Shown: in pieces, positions 26,456 to 61,608 of the stretch
How the letters are laid out: every line of letters begins with the position of its first letter
Numbering within the stretch: the stretch's first letter is position 1
Origin: Pristiophorus japonicus
Lineage: Eukaryota
Assembly (NCBI RefSeq): GCF_044704955.1
Contig: NC_091992.1
Location: 88,040,001 to 88,104,000, forward strand
Direction: 5' to 3'
Length of the DNA: 64,000 nt
Translations under genes and position numbers: made by a program
The notes under the pieces: model-generated
What the model was told of the DNA's origin: nothing
Database searches by the model: none
The model's input: only the letters and a program-made list of their open reading frames with translations

Positions 26456-27661
26456 ATGGGGCCAGCCATTTCTCAGCCTGCATCGATTAATACGCAGATG
26501 CTGCAGAGTGCAGATGGCTCAATGTGTGATGCACATCATTATGTGCCCAATTTAAGACATGCAAGAATGAGGAGGAGGGCCAGACCGTACACACTGCACA
26601 TGTACAAGGAAAAGAGGTCTTACCTCAACGTGTCCGACCACACCTGCCTTCGGAGTCTGCGCTTCCACAAGGTGGTGATCAATGAAATATGTGAGCTCAT
26701 TAGGCCACATATGCAGCCTGCCATCAAGACATCAGTGTTGTTCGAGGTCAAGGTCACCGCGGCACTGTCTTTCTCCCCGTCCGATTCCTTTCGGGCCTCC
26801 GCGGTCGAGATTTGCCCTCTGTCTCTCCATGCCACACATCGCTGCATTAGACAGGTCACAGAGGCCATGTACACGAGAAGGATGGACTTTATCAGCTTCC
26901 CCTTGACCATGGAGGCTCAGACTGACAGGGCTGGAGCATTCTACCACATTGCTAAGTTCCCCAGGGTACAGGGAGCTAGTCAATGCACTTACATCACCAT
27001 GCGGCCACCTTCTCAGGGCCCGGAGCGTTTTCATAACAGAAAAGGTTTTCACTCCCTGAAGGTCCACCTAGTTGTCGACCACAACCAGATCATACTGGCA
27101 GTGAATGCGAAATGTCCGGGCACCTTCGTTAAGGCTCACATCCTGCGTGAAAGTGCTGTCTCTGACATCTTTAAGAGTCAGTCACAAGGACAATGCTGGA
27201 TGCTTGGTGATAACCGATATGGCCGAACCACCTGGCTGATGACCCCACTGCGTGACACCCACACCAAGGCCGAGAAGCGATACAACCGGAGCCACAGAGA
27301 CACGCACAATGTGGTCCATAAAACAATAACTGTGCTTAAGCAGCGCTTCAGATGTCTGGACCAGTCAGGAGGGGAGCTACAATACAATCCTGAGCAAGTA
27401 GGTAAATCCGTGGTCATGTGCTCCATGCTGCACAACCTGGCTATCAGGAGAGGCCAAGAATTGCCAGAAGGGACTGATGCTCCACCTCAGGAGAGAGAGG
27501 AGGAGGACGACGAGGGGCTGGACGCTGACCTAGGGCCAGACAATCAGGCTGGCTATGCAACCACGCCCATGACCCCCTCCAGACCGCAGGAAAGGGCCCA
27601 TGATGGCTACATAGCTGCAAGACTCGTACCTGAGGAGCTGATAGCTGAACGATTTGCCTGA
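26456..27661 (+). CDS. Harbinger (HARBI1-like) transposase ORF, uninterrupted, 401 aa, catalytic residues substituted
   Basis: GCAATGG start; VKVTAAL, FPRVQGA, NRKGFHSL, LGD, WLMTP, YNRSH, LKQRFRCLD.SGG.LQY, MLHNL, acidic tail; conserved D/D/E positions read Q176, K226, H288. Confidence 0.75.
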   Translation: MGPAISQPASINTQMLQSADGSMCDAHHYVPNLRHARMRRRARPYTLHMYKEKRSYLNVSDHTCLRSLRFHKVVINEICELIRPHMQPAIKTSVLFEVKVTAALSFSPSDSFRASAVEICPLSLHATHRCIRQVTEAMYTRRMDFISFPLTMEAQTDRAGAFYHIAKFPRVQGASQCTYITMRPPSQGPERFHNRKGFHSLKVHLVVDHNQIILAVNAKCPGTFVKAHILRESAVSDIFKSQSQGQCWMLGDNRYGRTTWLMTPLRDTHTKAEKRYNRSHRDTHNVVHKTITVLKQRFRCLDQSGGELQYNPEQVGKSVVMCSMLHNLAIRRGQELPEGTDAPPQEREEEDDEGLDADLGPDNQAGYATTPMTPSRPQERAHDGYIAARLVPEELIAERFA

Positions 27662-28099
27662 GTTAACATTGATGTGAGTGACAACGCTGACACACTGCTG
27701 TGTGTGTGCAACTCTGACATCAATGGTGTCCATCATCTTGGTGCCAGTTAAAGTTTACGTTGGTTGCTGTTAAGTTGTATTTAATCCTTTCGTGGTAAAG
27801 AATCACCAGTGTGTAATGGTCTAGCTATCTGAGACAATGCGCAACAAGGTTATGTTCAATTAAAAAAAATTATACCAACATTGGTCTGAACTCATAAGAA
27901 TCACAGGCAATAACACCCAACCCCGGCCCGCACCCCACTTTTTCCACTATTGCCATCAATCAAATGTTCAACATGTTCAGCAACACAGAATATAAAGGCA
28001 AAGCGGGAGCGTGGTCCCCAGCCCCCATACGTTATAACAAATTGCATACAGCCAGATGCAGATGTAACACAGCCATCAGCTGTGCACATGCACCTCACT

Positions 28100-29897
28100 T
28101 TCCTTCCCCCCTCCGCTTCTTCTCCCCACCTTTATCCCTTCCCCTCCTTGCTCCACGGCGCCTGGTTGAGGAGTTCCGCAGGCGGTGCCGTATTGAGGGG
28201 GATGTAGGCAGATGCAGTGGCTGCATGGGTACGGGAGCAAGGGGTGCCGAGGGGGCAACATTCTCTGATGCAGACGCAGGATCTTGGTCCTTGCTCTCAT
28301 CTGTCGTTCACAGTGGTGGTGCGGAACATAGGGGTGGAGTGCCATGCTCTGGGACCACTGGGAGACCTGTGTCAGCAGTGTTCCTGGCTATCGCATCTAG
28401 GGCCTCCACCATCCGCAGAATGTACTCAGGCATGGTGGCCAGCTGTCGGGATATGCCCCCCAATGCTTCGATGAGCTGGTCATCAATGTCTACAGTCCTC
28501 CTGTACAACTGTACCATCTCTCCGCTCTCATGTATTGCTCGTGGAACAGACCTGCCGCGTCCACGAGGCCTCTGCGAAGTCGGCGCCACCCTGACGACAA
28601 ATGGGGTGCCCTGTTGTGAGCTGCTTGGGGCCAGTACCTCCAGATTGGAGGCGGGAATGACCGGAGGATCACTAGCTGGCCTTCGGGTGGAATGGCTTCT
28701 GCAGCGTGGCGATGCAGGTTCCTCGAAGTCTGCGCTCTCATCCATGGAGACAGACCCAGCGGATTGACGGGCACGAATCGGAGCTCCTCAGCAGCAGATG
28801 TAGGATCGTCCAGAAAGTTGGGCCCCACGCCCCACCTTCTGGCCTCTGTGGTCCTGCCTGGGGCCACGCTGCTGGCTGAGCTGTAAAACACAAATTAGGT
28901 TATTAGAGGAGAAGTGGGTGCTAGGGTCACAAGGTGAGTCCAGTGCTGTAAACAGCATATGCACGACAAAAGCACAACCACTCTCAAAATCATCACAGAC
29001 ATCACATTTCATGACTATCAACACATTAGCATTGTAATAATTTTCAATAGGCCAGCATTATTTCTATGACAATTTTAGAAATCATCTATCATATAACTGG
29101 TTGGATACGAGTGGGTGTAGCATCTATTGACTTTACATTACATAATGGTGTAAGCTTTACTCACATGGCATCACTTCAGGGTCTGCAGATGCTTCCGTGG
29201 CTGTCCGGGTGTGCTTCCCCACGAATGTGAGCACCCGCTCCTCCATCTCAGTATTGTCGCTAGGAATTGGTGACCCCCCAACCTGTTCGCCTCTGCACGG
29301 ACCTCATCATCGATAGCGTCTTCTGTAAAAGGTGACAGGACAACATGGCATGAGATCATTGCGTGATATCATTGCTAGCTACTGTCACAGAGACTGTAAC
29401 ACATAACCGACAGATGTAATCATGTTTATCATGAAAATGATCATTCTTGACGTAAAGACGTGTCCCATGACTGCAGGCTTTGAGTAAAACATTCCTGGTG
29501 AAAGTGAAAGACCTCATATCTGCTGATTGTCACTCATGACTGTTACAAATCAAATTATATAAATACATAAGTACATGTAAATAAATGTAATACTTACTCT
29601 TGCGGATTCCACAAGTTAGTTCCATTGTTTGCGGCATTGGTTGCCCTTATGAATCTCTTTGGTCGCCGACGAGACCACCTCTGCTATCTCGGTCCATATC
29701 CTCTGGTAGGCCTTTGGGGTGGCTTCCCACACCCTCCCTGTGTCAAAACACCCCATAGTGACTTGACCTCCTGCAGGAGGGAGGCACTTGCCTCATCTGA
29801 GACCCACCCTCCTGGCTCTTTTGCGCCCTCCCACCTCACTGTTCTCTCCAGCGTCAGTCTCCATAGCATGCTGTGATGCCTCCTCCTCTCCCTCCAT
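28100..29897 (-). pseudogene. Harbinger Myb/SANT-like DNA-binding gene, three exons, decayed
   Basis: Exon1 29897-29598 (RKRARR, SLLQEV, IWTEIAEVV, QCRKQWN*L; 2 frameshifts + stop; donor gtaagt), exon2 29322-29165 (RRTG, EMEERV), exon3 from 28880; 3' end approximate. Confidence 0.75.
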
Positions 29898-32089
29898 TAT
29901 AGGCCAAATTCAGGCAAATATGTGGCTGGTAACAGCTAATTTTTGTTTCCCTACTTGCTGTGAAGCTCTAAAACCTCCATCCTTCCTCCCAAAGCAGCAA
30001 CACCACACCCAGACATTCCTTCCATCTCTCTGAGCTCCTTCTCTCTCTGTCTCATCTTCTGCGCATGTCATGATGAACCTTCACCTCCTGAATGCGAGAA
30101 TCGAGCGTTGCCATGCCATTGCTAAGGATGGCGACACTTTATGGCAGAAGGTTAGTAAGATTTAACGCTACCGCCCATTTCATATCATACGCGGTAACGC
30201 CCATTTAAAAAAATGGGGACTAGATGCTTTGAGAATGGGCAAGAAGCCAACAATCTGAAAACCCATTTTTACCGTCCACGCCGGAAATAAGGCCCATTTT
30301 TGGGCAATAAGCACAAAAGTGGAAAATCTAGCCCATAGAAATACGATATCATACCTATTACTGAAACATGGCTGAAAGGGCAGGAATGGCAGCTCAATAT
30401 TCCTGATTACAGAGTTTTCAGATGAAACAGAGAGGGAGATAAAAAAAGGAGGGCTGGGGTGTCGCAATACTGCTTAAAGAAATAATTGCAGCTGTGAGGA
30501 GGGATGCTAAATTTAGAAGGATCATCAAATGAGGCCATATATGTTGAACTGAAGAACAAAAAAGGGGCAATCCCACTGCTGGGAGTGTATTGTAGACGGC
30601 AAATAGTCAGAGGGAGAGAGAAGAGCGAAAATGTAAGCAAATTTCTAAGTAGTAGAAAATCAATAGGGCAGTAATAGTAAGGGATTTCAACTACCCTAAT
30701 ATTAACTGGGATAAAATTGGTGTAAAGGGTACACAGGGTGCAGAATTCTTAAAATGCATTCAGAAGAACGTTTTTTAGCCAGTATGTAGCAAGCCCAACA
30801 AGAGAGGGGGCAAATAGATGGGCAGATTATTGGTAAAAATCTGAGGAACAGTATTAATCATCATTTAGAAAGTCACGGATTAATCAAGGACAGTCAGCAT
30901 GTATTTGTTATGGGTAGATCGTGTCTTGACTTGACTGAATTTTATGAGGAGGTATCAAAGAGGGTCAACGAGGGTAGTGCATTTGATGTAGTCTACATGG
31001 ATTTGAGCAAGGCTTTTGACAAGGTCCCACATGGCAGAGTGTTCAGAAAAATGAAAGTGCATGCGATCCAAGGGCAAAATTGGCTCAGTGGCAGGAAGCA
31101 AAGGGTCATGGTCGATGGGTGTTTTTATGACTGGTAGGCTATTTCCAGTGGGGTTTCGCAGGGTTCACTACTAGGTCCCTTGCTTGTTGTGGTATATATC
31201 AATGATTTAGATTTCAATTTAGGGGGTATGAATAAGAAATTTGCCAATAATATAAAAACTGGCCGTGTGGTTGATAGTGAGGAAGAAAGCTGTAGAGTGC
31301 AGGAAGATATCAATGGACTGGTCAGGTGAGCATAAAAGTGGCAAGTGGAATTCAATCTGGAGAAGTGTGAGGGGAGGGCTGACAAGACAAGGGAATACAC
31401 AATAAATTGTTGGATACCGAGAAGTGTAGAGAAACAGAGGAACCTTGGAGTGCATGTCCACATATCCTTGAAGCTAGGATGACAGGTAGATAAGGTGCAT
31501 AGAATATAAGAATAGGGAGGTTATGCTTGAAGTGTATAAAACACTAGTTAGGCCACAGCAATGGTCACCACATTATTGGAAAGATGTGATTGCAATAGAG
31601 AAGATACAGAGAAGATTAATGAGGATGGTGCCAGGATTGGAGAATATTAGCTATAAGGAAAGATTGGATAGGCTGGGGTTGTTTCCTTTTGAACAGAGGA
31701 GGCCGAGATGAGACTGAATTTTGTGTTTAAAATTATTAAGGGCCTGATAGAGAGGATAGGAAGGACCTATTTCCCTTAGCAGAGAGGTCAATAATTGCCA
31801 GGGGGCATAGATTTAAAGTAATTTATAGAAGGATTAGAGAGGAATTAAGGAGAACTTTATTCACCCAGAGGGTGATGCGGGTCTGGAACTCACTGCCTGA
31901 AAGGGTGGTAGAGGTAAAAACCCTGATCACATTGAAAAAAGTACTTATGCACTTGAAGTGCAGTCACCGATAGAGCTACCAATCAAAAGCTGGAAAGTGC
32001 GATTTTTTTGAGTGGATTCTTTTTTTGGTTGGCATAGACAAGATGGGCCAAATGGCCTCCTTCTGTGCCATGAATTTGTATGATTCCAG

Positions 32090-33199
32090 GGGCCCAAGTT
32101 TCCACATGATAAAAAACGGGTGCCCTTCCGAGCTGGGCGCCCGTTTTTCGCATCTAAAACGACGCCGGAAAAAAAATGAGCAATTCTGGAGCGCTTTGCA
32201 GCTCCTTGTCTGCTTGGCGCGGCACCCAGGGGGGCGGAGCCTACACTCAAGGCGATTTTGTAAGTGGGAGGGGGCGGGTACTATTTAAATTAGTTTCTTT
32301 CCTGCCGGCAACGCTGCGCATGCGCGTTGGAGCGTTCGCGCATGCTCAGTGTGAAAAAAACATTGGCACTCGGCCATTTTTGTAGTTCTTTGTAGTTCTT
32401 TGTAGCTGTTTAGTTTTTGAACATTTTTTAATAGAAGTACATTGCCATCAGCACAGAGGCTTCTTGTAGCAGTGAGAAGGGTGCAGGAAGCCTCAGAAAG
32501 TTGAGGCAGCCGTTTCCCGACGACCTCCCCCTTTTGCCGTCGGGAAATGGCTCCTCAATTTCTGAGGATTCCTGCAGCCTTCTCTCTTTCCCGCCAGCCG
32601 TCTGGAACGGCTCCATTCCCTACCCCCACCCCCCATGTTCGGTCGGCTCCCTCCCTCCCCCGCCGCCCGTATTCGGTCGGCTCCCTCCCCCCCCCCCCCG
32701 CGTTCGGTCGGCTCCCTCCCTCCCCCGCCGCCTGCATTCGGTCGGCTCCCTCGATGGTTTATCTTTTCTTTGCTTATAAATGTTTATTCAGGTTGGATTT
32801 ATTTGTATAATATTTGTATAAGTATAAATAAGGATTGATTGTAGAATTTAATGAGTTCCCTTCCCCCACTCCCCCCCCCCACCTCGTTCTGGACGCCTGA
32901 TTTGTAACCTGCACCTGATTTTTTAATGTGTAGAACAGGTTTTTTCAGTTCTACAAAAATCTTCACTTGCTCCATTCTACTTTAGTTTGGAGTACATTTT
33001 CACTGTGGAAAGTTTCAAATCAGGCGTCAGTGGCCGGACACGCTCCCTTTTGAAGAAAAAATTCTGTTCCAAAGTAGAACTGTTCTACCTGACTAGAACT
33101 GCAGAAAACAAAATGTGGAGAATTGTGAATTCTAAGATAGTCCGTGCTCCACCAGTTGCTCCTAAAAATCAGGCGCAAATCATGTGGAAACTTGGGCCC
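32090..33199. mobile_element. Harbinger-type MITE (GGGCCCAAGTTTCC family), copy B
   Basis: Perfect 21-bp TIR GGGCCCAAGTTTCCACATGAT; right ~450 bp near-identical to 41050-41501; flanks cag/tat (TSD not conserved). Confidence 0.88.
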
Positions 33200-33629
33200 T
33201 ATATCTTCTTTGCCTCAAAATTGCTGAATTTTGTGTGAACTCATAATGGTGAGCAAAGTTAATTCGCCATTAATTTACCGCAATTTCTGGGCCAATTTGT
33301 GCAAGAGCTTGTAGGAAAGATGCCGTATTCTGCTGTATAATATTTTAGAAAAATTATTCATCTCAGCCATTTTGCATTTTAATTCAAAAATAAACCCCAG
33401 CTAAATGTTATGTATTGAGGTGTTGTGGCCATACTTCCAAAATCCATATTAGCAACAAAGGAATGAATGGATGTATAAACAGCAAGGTATTTTTTGGTAA
33501 GTGGATTTATAAATTATAAATGCAGCGTGTGCTTACCAAGAACTTGCCACATGTTGAGCACAAGCCTCTTTTACAGGTTCAGTGGATGAAGATTTTATAA
33601 ACTGGACTTGTCATGTGTCAGTTTTAGAT

Positions 33630-33820
33630 GCTCATCTTATATGGATACACATGGTGACAACTAGATTAATGTTAAAGAATTCAAAACCAAATTACTGACG
33701 TTGCTTCTCTAATTATATCTTGACATGAGAATACCAGTTAATGCAATCATCAGTCGTTTGTACACTAAATATAGAAACTGGAGCTGCTGTGCCCACAAAA
33801 AATGAGCTCATATATAAGTT
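33630..33820 (+). promoter_or_regulatory. MYH proximal promoter: CArG-like box, AT-rich element, MEF2 site, TATA box
   Basis: TCTTATATGG 33635-33644 (CArG, 1 mismatch), CTAATTATAT 33709-33718, perfect MEF2 consensus CTAAATATAG 33765-33774, TATATAA 33811-33817, followed ~45 nt later by a strong donor G|GTAAGT. Confidence 0.75.
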
Positions 33821-33839
33821 GTCCAGAGAACACAGAAAG

Positions 33840-33861
33840 CTGCTGGTGTCCCACCATCAGG
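33840..33861 (+). other. Putative non-coding exon 1 of MYH (TSS approximate)
   Basis: ~30 nt downstream of TATA; donor gtaagt at 33862; vertebrate MYH genes have two 5' non-coding exons. Confidence 0.6.
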
Positions 33862-34098
33862 GTAAGTTTCTCACTAACTTTCTTCATCTTAATTGGGGTA
33901 CTAATATTTTTTCTCAGTGAAGCAGAGGGAGAGGACCTCATCAAGTTAGGCAAACTATTATATTATATAACAGAAGAAATCAATCCAGAAAATTCTCTCA
34001 AAATAAGTAAAGGCCAAAGGACATAAATGTAATTGATACATTTAAATCAGATGCAAGAAGTAAAATTAATTTATCGATTATGTTGTTTCTTTTACTAG

Positions 34099-34139
34099 AA
34101 TTGCTGTGGAGGATTTTTTCTTGCCTGGGACTGATTAAG
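34099..34139 (+). other. Putative non-coding exon 2 of MYH
   Basis: Acceptor tgttgtttcttttactag ending 34098, donor AAG|gtaacg at 34140, 41 nt, no ATG. Confidence 0.55.
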
Positions 34140-34684
34140 GTAACGGATGTTAAGACAAGCAAATGTAAACTACATTTCTTAAATAGAAAACTGATCAGAA
34201 AAGTCTAAAACCATTGTTTGAAATTGAGTTGATTGTAAATGTTGGTTATCTTTCAGACACAGATCGTTAAGTTCAATTACATGTTAATTAGACTTTAATG
34301 ATGCTCCACTGGTTGTTATCCAATACCGCACTACAGGCAGCTGGGTCAGCTTCGATAAACACAGCATTACGGAGCAGTTCAATGACATATAAAAGTTCCA
34401 CACACATTGTATGAAACAGTGGCGGGACGATCTTCATTTCCAATAATTTCAACATCAGTTACACAGAAATATTATGTAATGTGCCTATATAATTTACTTT
34501 ACATTGTTTAAATCACATTGGCATTCTAAACATGCCAGGCAAATTAAAATTACATTCAAAAATACATGTTAACATGGGACTTTCGAAGTCTTGTTTGCAG
34601 CACTATTAAATTAAAACAGTACAATTGCTCTGGTTTTGAATACTGAAAGCCACATTCGGCCTTTTGGGAGTAATTTGGGTGGGG

Positions 34685-37160
34685 AAGACCAAAGGCAAGG
34701 GGTAGCCTTGAGGAGAAATTCATAGAATGCATATGGGATTGTTTCTTAGAACAGTATGTTACAGAACCTACAAGGGAGCAAGCTATCTTAGATCTGGTCC
34801 TGTGTAATGAGACAGGAATAATAAACGATCTCCTAGTAAAAGATCCTCTCGGAATGAGTGATCACAGTATGGTTGAATTTGTAATACAGATTGAGGGTGA
34901 GGAAGTAGTGTCTCAAACGAGCGTACTATGCTTAAATAAAGGGGATTACAGTGGGATGAGGGCAGAGTTGACTAAAGTAGACTGGAAACACAGACTAAAC
35001 GGTGGCACAACTGAGGAACAGTGGAGGATTTTAAGGAGCTCTTTCATAGTGCTCAACAAAAATATATTCCAGTGAAAAAGAAGGATAGTAAGAGAAGGGA
35101 TAACCAGCCGTGGATAAAGAAGGAAATAAAGGAGAGTATCAAATTAAAAGCCAATGCATATAAGGTGGCCAAGCTTAGTGGGAAACGAGAAGATTGGGAA
35201 AATTTTAAACGATAGCAAAGAATGACTAAGAAAGCAATAAAGAAAGGAAAGATAGATTACGAAAGTAATCATAAAAACAGATAAACAGAAAAAAACATAA
35301 AAACAGATTGTAAAAGCTTTTACCGATATATAAAACGGAAAAGAGTGACTAAAATAAATGTTGGTCCCTTAGAACATGAGATGGGGGATTTAATAATGGG
35401 AAATGTGGAAATGGCTGAGACCTTAAACAATTATTTTGCTTCGGTCTTCAAAGTGGAAGATACAAAAACCATGCCAAAAATTGCTGGTCACGGGAATGTG
35501 GGAAGGGAGGACCTTGAGATAATCACTATCACTGGGGGGGTAGTGCTGGACAGGCTAATGGGGCTCAAGGTAGACAAGTCCCCTGGTGCTGATGAAATGC
35601 ATCCCAGGGTATTAAAAGAGATGGCGGAAGTTATAGCAGATGCATTCGTTATAATCTACCAAAATTCTCTAGACTCTGGGGAGGTACCAGCGGATTGGAA
35701 AGCAGCTAATGTAATGCCTCTGTTTAAAAAAGGGGGCAGACAAAAGGCAGGCAACTATAGGTAGGTTAGTTTAACATCTGTAGTGGAGAAAATGCTTGAA
35801 ACTATCATTAAGGAAGAAATAGCGGGACATCTAGATATGAATAGTGCAATCAAGCAGACGCAACATGAATTCATGAAGGGGAAATCATGTTTAACTAATT
35901 TACTGGAATTTTTTGAGGATACAACGAGCATGGTGGATAGAGGTGTACCGATGGATGTGGTGTATTTAGATTTCCAAAAGGCATTCGATAAGGTGCCACA
36001 CAAAAGGTTACTGCAGAAGATAAAGGTATGCGGAGTCAGAGGAAATGTATTAGCATGGATAGAGAATTGGCAGGCTAACAGAAAGCAGAGAGTCGGGATA
36101 AATGGGTCCTTTTCGGGTTGGAAATCGGTGGTTAGTGGTGTGCCACAGGGATCGGTGCTGGGACCACAACTGTTTACAATATACATAGATGACCTGGAAG
36201 AGGGGACAGTGCAGTGTAACAAAATTTGCAGATGACACAAAGATTAGTGGGAAAGCGGGTTGTGTAGAGGACACAGAGAGCCTGCAAAGAGATTTACATA
36301 GGTTAAACGAATGGGCTAAGGTTTGGCAGATGGAATACAATGTCGGAAAATGTGAGGTCATCCACCTTGGAAAAAAAAACAGTAAAAGGGAATATTATTT
36401 GAATGGGGAGAAATTACAATATGCTGCGGTGCAGAGGGACCTGGGGGTCCTTGTGCATGAATCCCAAAAAGTTAGTTTGCAGGTGCAGCAGGTAATCAGG
36501 AAGGCGAATGGAATGTTGGCCTTCATTGCGAGAGGGATGGAGTACAAAAGCAGGGAGGTCCTGCTGCAACTGTACAGGGTATTGGTGAGGCTGCACCTGG
36601 AGTACTGCATGCAGTTTTGGTCACCTTACTTAAGGAAGGATATACTAACTTTGGAGGGGGTACAGAGACGATTCACGAGGCTGATTCCGGAGATGAGGGG
36701 GTTACCTTATGATGATAGATTGAGTAGACTGGGTCTTTACTTGTTGGGAGTTCAGAAGGATGAGGGGTGATCTTATAGAAACATTTAAAATAATGAAAGG
36801 GATAGACAAGATAGAGACAGAGAGGTTGTTTCCACTGGTCGGAGAGACTAGAACTAGGGGGCACAGCCTCAAAATACGGGGGAGCCAATTTAAAACCGAG
36901 TTGAGAAGGAATTTCTTCTCCCAGAGGGTTGTGAATCTGTGGAATTCTCTGCCCAAGGAAGCAGTTGAGGCTAGCTCATTGAATGTATTCAAATCATAGA
37001 TGGATAGATTTTTAACCAATAAGGAAATTAAGGGTTATGGGGAGCGGGTGGGTAAGTGAAGCTGAGTCCATGGCCAGATCAGCCATGATCTTGTTGAATG
37101 GCGGAGCAGACTCGAGAGGCTAGATGGCCTACTCCTGTTCCAAATTTTTATGTTCGTATG
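34685..37160 (+). mobile_element. CR1 LINE ORF2 (5'-truncated) in MYH intron 2
   Basis: [62 protein letters not shown]; 3' tail ~37140. Confidence 0.92.
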
Positions 37161-37709
37161 ATACGTTTTTGCTAGCTTTTTATAAACAGACTACCAGAAA
37201 AATTCCAACAATATCTTTTATATGAGAAACAACTAATCGGAATGTGATACTAATACATCGTTCATCAAGGCTATTTAAACAGTTTTATCGTCTTGATCAC
37301 ATAAACTATATTTTGCAATCAGGTGCAGTGAAATCGCAACTAAATTAACTATTTGAAAAAGTTAAAAAACTTAACACTAAATTATAAAGGATACTATTTA
37401 GTGGACCTCGAAAATTCAAAAACCTTTTATAACATGCAATGGAAGTAATTATACGTCATGAATGACTGCGACATAGAAAAAAATCAAATAAAACAAGACA
37501 TCATCACAATTTAGAAATAAATCGACAGGAATTAATTGATTTTTTTCCTAAAAGCAATAGCTAATTAAATTAAGTTCAAATATGAGCTATCTTGCTTTCT
37601 GATAAACAAAGGAATTATTTATTCGTGTCAAGAAGTAATGCCCTGAAATATGCTGGATTTGTTCGGGATCACTTTATGGATGTACATATTTCAGCAATAA
37701 ACCGACGCC

Positions 37710-60963
<23,254 letters not shown>

Positions 60964-61043
60964 ATGACATGGTCCAAAGAAGAAATCCACAAAATGTGTA
61001 TTTCATTGTAACATAGTTTTACAAATATAGTGCTGACAATAGA

Positions 61044-61049
61044 AATAAA
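61044..61049 (+). terminator. MYH polyadenylation signal AATAAA
   Basis: AATAAA 80 nt after stop, followed by U/GU-rich tract (tgtttctttgttatc). Confidence 0.75.
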
Positions 61050-61124
61050 AGTGCAATTCTGAAAAATGTTTCTTTGTTATCTTATGCTTTTATAATGATA
61101 ATCATGCTCGGAGAAAAGTGGTAA

Positions 61125-61608
61125 AAACATAAGAATTAGGAGCAGGAGTAGGCCATTCAGCCCCTTGAGCCTGCTCCGCTAGTCAATGAGCTCATGGCTG
61201 ATCTTCTGCCTCAACTCCACTTTCCTGCACTATCCCCATAACGCTCGATTCGCTTAGTATCCAAAAATCTATCGATCTTTGTCTTGATTATGTACGCCTC
61301 CACTGCCCTTTGGGGTAGAGAATTCCAAAGATTCACCACTCTCTCAGTGAAAAAGTTTCTCCCCATCTCAGTCCTAAATGGCCGATCCCTTATTCTGATA
61401 CTGTGGCCCCTGGTTCTAGACTCCTCAGCCAGGGGAAACATCCTCCCTGCATCTACCCTGTACCAAAACTGTACATAATGCTCCAGGTGCGGTCTCACCA
61501 AGAATCTAAATAATTGCAGTAAGACTCTTATACTCAAATCCTCTTGTAATAAAGGCCAACATACCATTTGGTTTCTTAACTGCTTGCTGTACCTGCATGT
61601 TAACTTTC
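61125..61608 (-). mobile_element. CR1 3' fragment, internally deleted
   Basis: VRPHLEH, RNFFTERVVNLWNSLP on minus; tail at 61125. Confidence 0.8.

Larger units (their letters stand above)
25789..30334. mobile_element. Full-length PIF/Harbinger DNA transposon with convergent transposase and Myb/SANT genes
   Basis: TIRs GGGCTAGAACTTCCACTTTT / rc GGGCTAGATTTTCCACTTTT (18/20); transposase on +, spliced Myb-like gene on -; TSD not evident (tac vs ata). Confidence 0.9.
25600..32085 (+). mobile_element. Old CR1 LINE (endonuclease to 3' UTR) split by Harbinger insertion at 25789-30334
   Basis: NARILVNRPDELRAQVE before and YDII.ITETWL after the insertion; later [24 protein letters not shown]; 3' tail ~32040-32085. 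Confidence 0.75.

Noticed and set aside
27964-28767. 267-aa plus-strand ORF
   Set aside because: Antisense to Harbinger Myb exon 3; no motif recognised.
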